64,000 nucleotides of DNA, from positions 36,689 through 100,688 of the forward strand of contig NMRA01000915.1 of the NCBI GenBank assembly GCA_002633005.1. Direction: 5' to 3'. The DNA comes from Phoronis australis. Lineage: Eukaryota; Animalia; Phoronida. Both the position numbers and the translations under genes were made by a program. The notes below the pieces were generated by a model that did no database searches, was not told where the DNA came from, and saw only the letters and a program-made list of their open reading frames with translations. Below are positions 62,861 to 64,000 of the stretch, piece after piece (position 1 is the first letter of the stretch; each line of letters starts with the position of its first letter).

Positions 62861-64000
62861 CTAGAGTAGCAGTGTAATAGGTTGTCGGGCTGATACCGCT
62901 TCGCGTGCAGTTGCATATTCGTCACGGCACAGGGTCAAATAAATCAACCTAGTTTTACTGCGTTTCCATTACATGAGTTCACATGGGTTGTGTTAATTGA
63001 CACCACTAATTCGAAGGCAGGAGTCAAACGGTAATATTGGAGTCAAACGGTAATATTGAACATTGGATTATGGACAATGCAATAAGTTTTGGATAACGAA
63101 GCGTTAAAGCTAGTTTTCTTTACATTTGATCTTTTGGCTCGTGACGTTAACAAGTTGCATTAGATTGGCTGCTTCCCAGTCAATACAACGGCGTAGCCAT
63201 TTTGTAAACGCAGTTATTTTTACAGTCTTTACCCACATTTGTTTTTTGCTTGTGTTACGCCGAACTGTATCTTTTTGCGTTTTTAAAATTCCTCACGGGT
63301 CTCTTATCATGCGCCCATGATGGTGGGATAGTGAATGAGTTGTTGCACCAAAGAGGTCTTACTCCGCAAATTTTATTTTCACAGTATTAACCCTTGCACT
63401 AAAGACACGAAATACACGGAACTTTATGCCGTAAGCCCACGGACTTGGAAGGCTCTAACTTCGAAATCATACGGTTACGATTTCCACGAAATTAGACAGT
63501 GACATCAAACACGGATTGACCATTGTTGAGGCTACTACCAATTGTAGCTTTGCGCATTCCGTTTTCATGCATCGGTGACGGTAAAATCTGCTCTAGTTAC
63601 ATGTATCAGTTGGTCGCTGTCGTTGTTCCAAAAACAAATATTTTGTGTCAACAACATATTGACAAATTGTATAATATAAAACAATTTTGAACCGTAAGAT
63701 GCGAATACGTGGTGAAGAGGTATTTGTCTCTACGCGGCATTTGTGCGTGAATCTTTGGCAAATCGAATGCTTTGTCGAAAAAATGAAAGAAAATACACCA
63801 AAGTACACTTTTTGAGAAGCAAAGCGTCTGGTGATGTTTATAGCTCATGATCTGGCCTCCTTAGGTAGTAAGTGACGCTGAATTACATATAGCAACTATG
63901 GCTCCAAAATAAAAAATATCACGATTGTATTGCCTCCCCCCCCTTCTCCCCTAGTTCTGCACTTTCCAATGAGTCATTACGCCAGATTTGGTTTAGTTTC

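Noticed and set aside
63020-63058. 19-bp direct duplication
   Set aside because: Ordinary local slippage with no further structure

Overview
Eukaryotic (animal) genomic DNA, AT-rich, with spliceosomal introns and many transposon remnants; the repeat landscape suggests a marine invertebrate, but that is inference. Three protein-coding genes were assembled by hand from splice signals. (1) A small single-pass membrane protein (+, exons 15186-16787) ending in an alpha-tubulin-like acidic tail (EGGYEGYGGEEEGYEGY*). (2) A ~1003-aa type I membrane protein with 15 complete and 1 truncated EGF repeats (+, 20087-30146), a GC-AG intron and a Crumbs-like C-terminus (ERLV*). (3) A dual oxidase (-, 28 exons, 31519-62144; first/signal-peptide exon not found in the window) with an intact NOX core and EF-hands but a peroxidase-like domain lacking the canonical catalytic and heme-ligand residues. 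Non-genic content includes a decayed THAP+YqaJ (ISL2EU-like) DNA transposon, a solo LTR carrying clustered heat-shock elements, a Penelope-like fold-back insertion with a hammerhead-ribozyme-like motif, several MITEs, a dimeric ~140-bp satellite and a 1.67-kb tandem duplication. All models are manual; no database searches were run.
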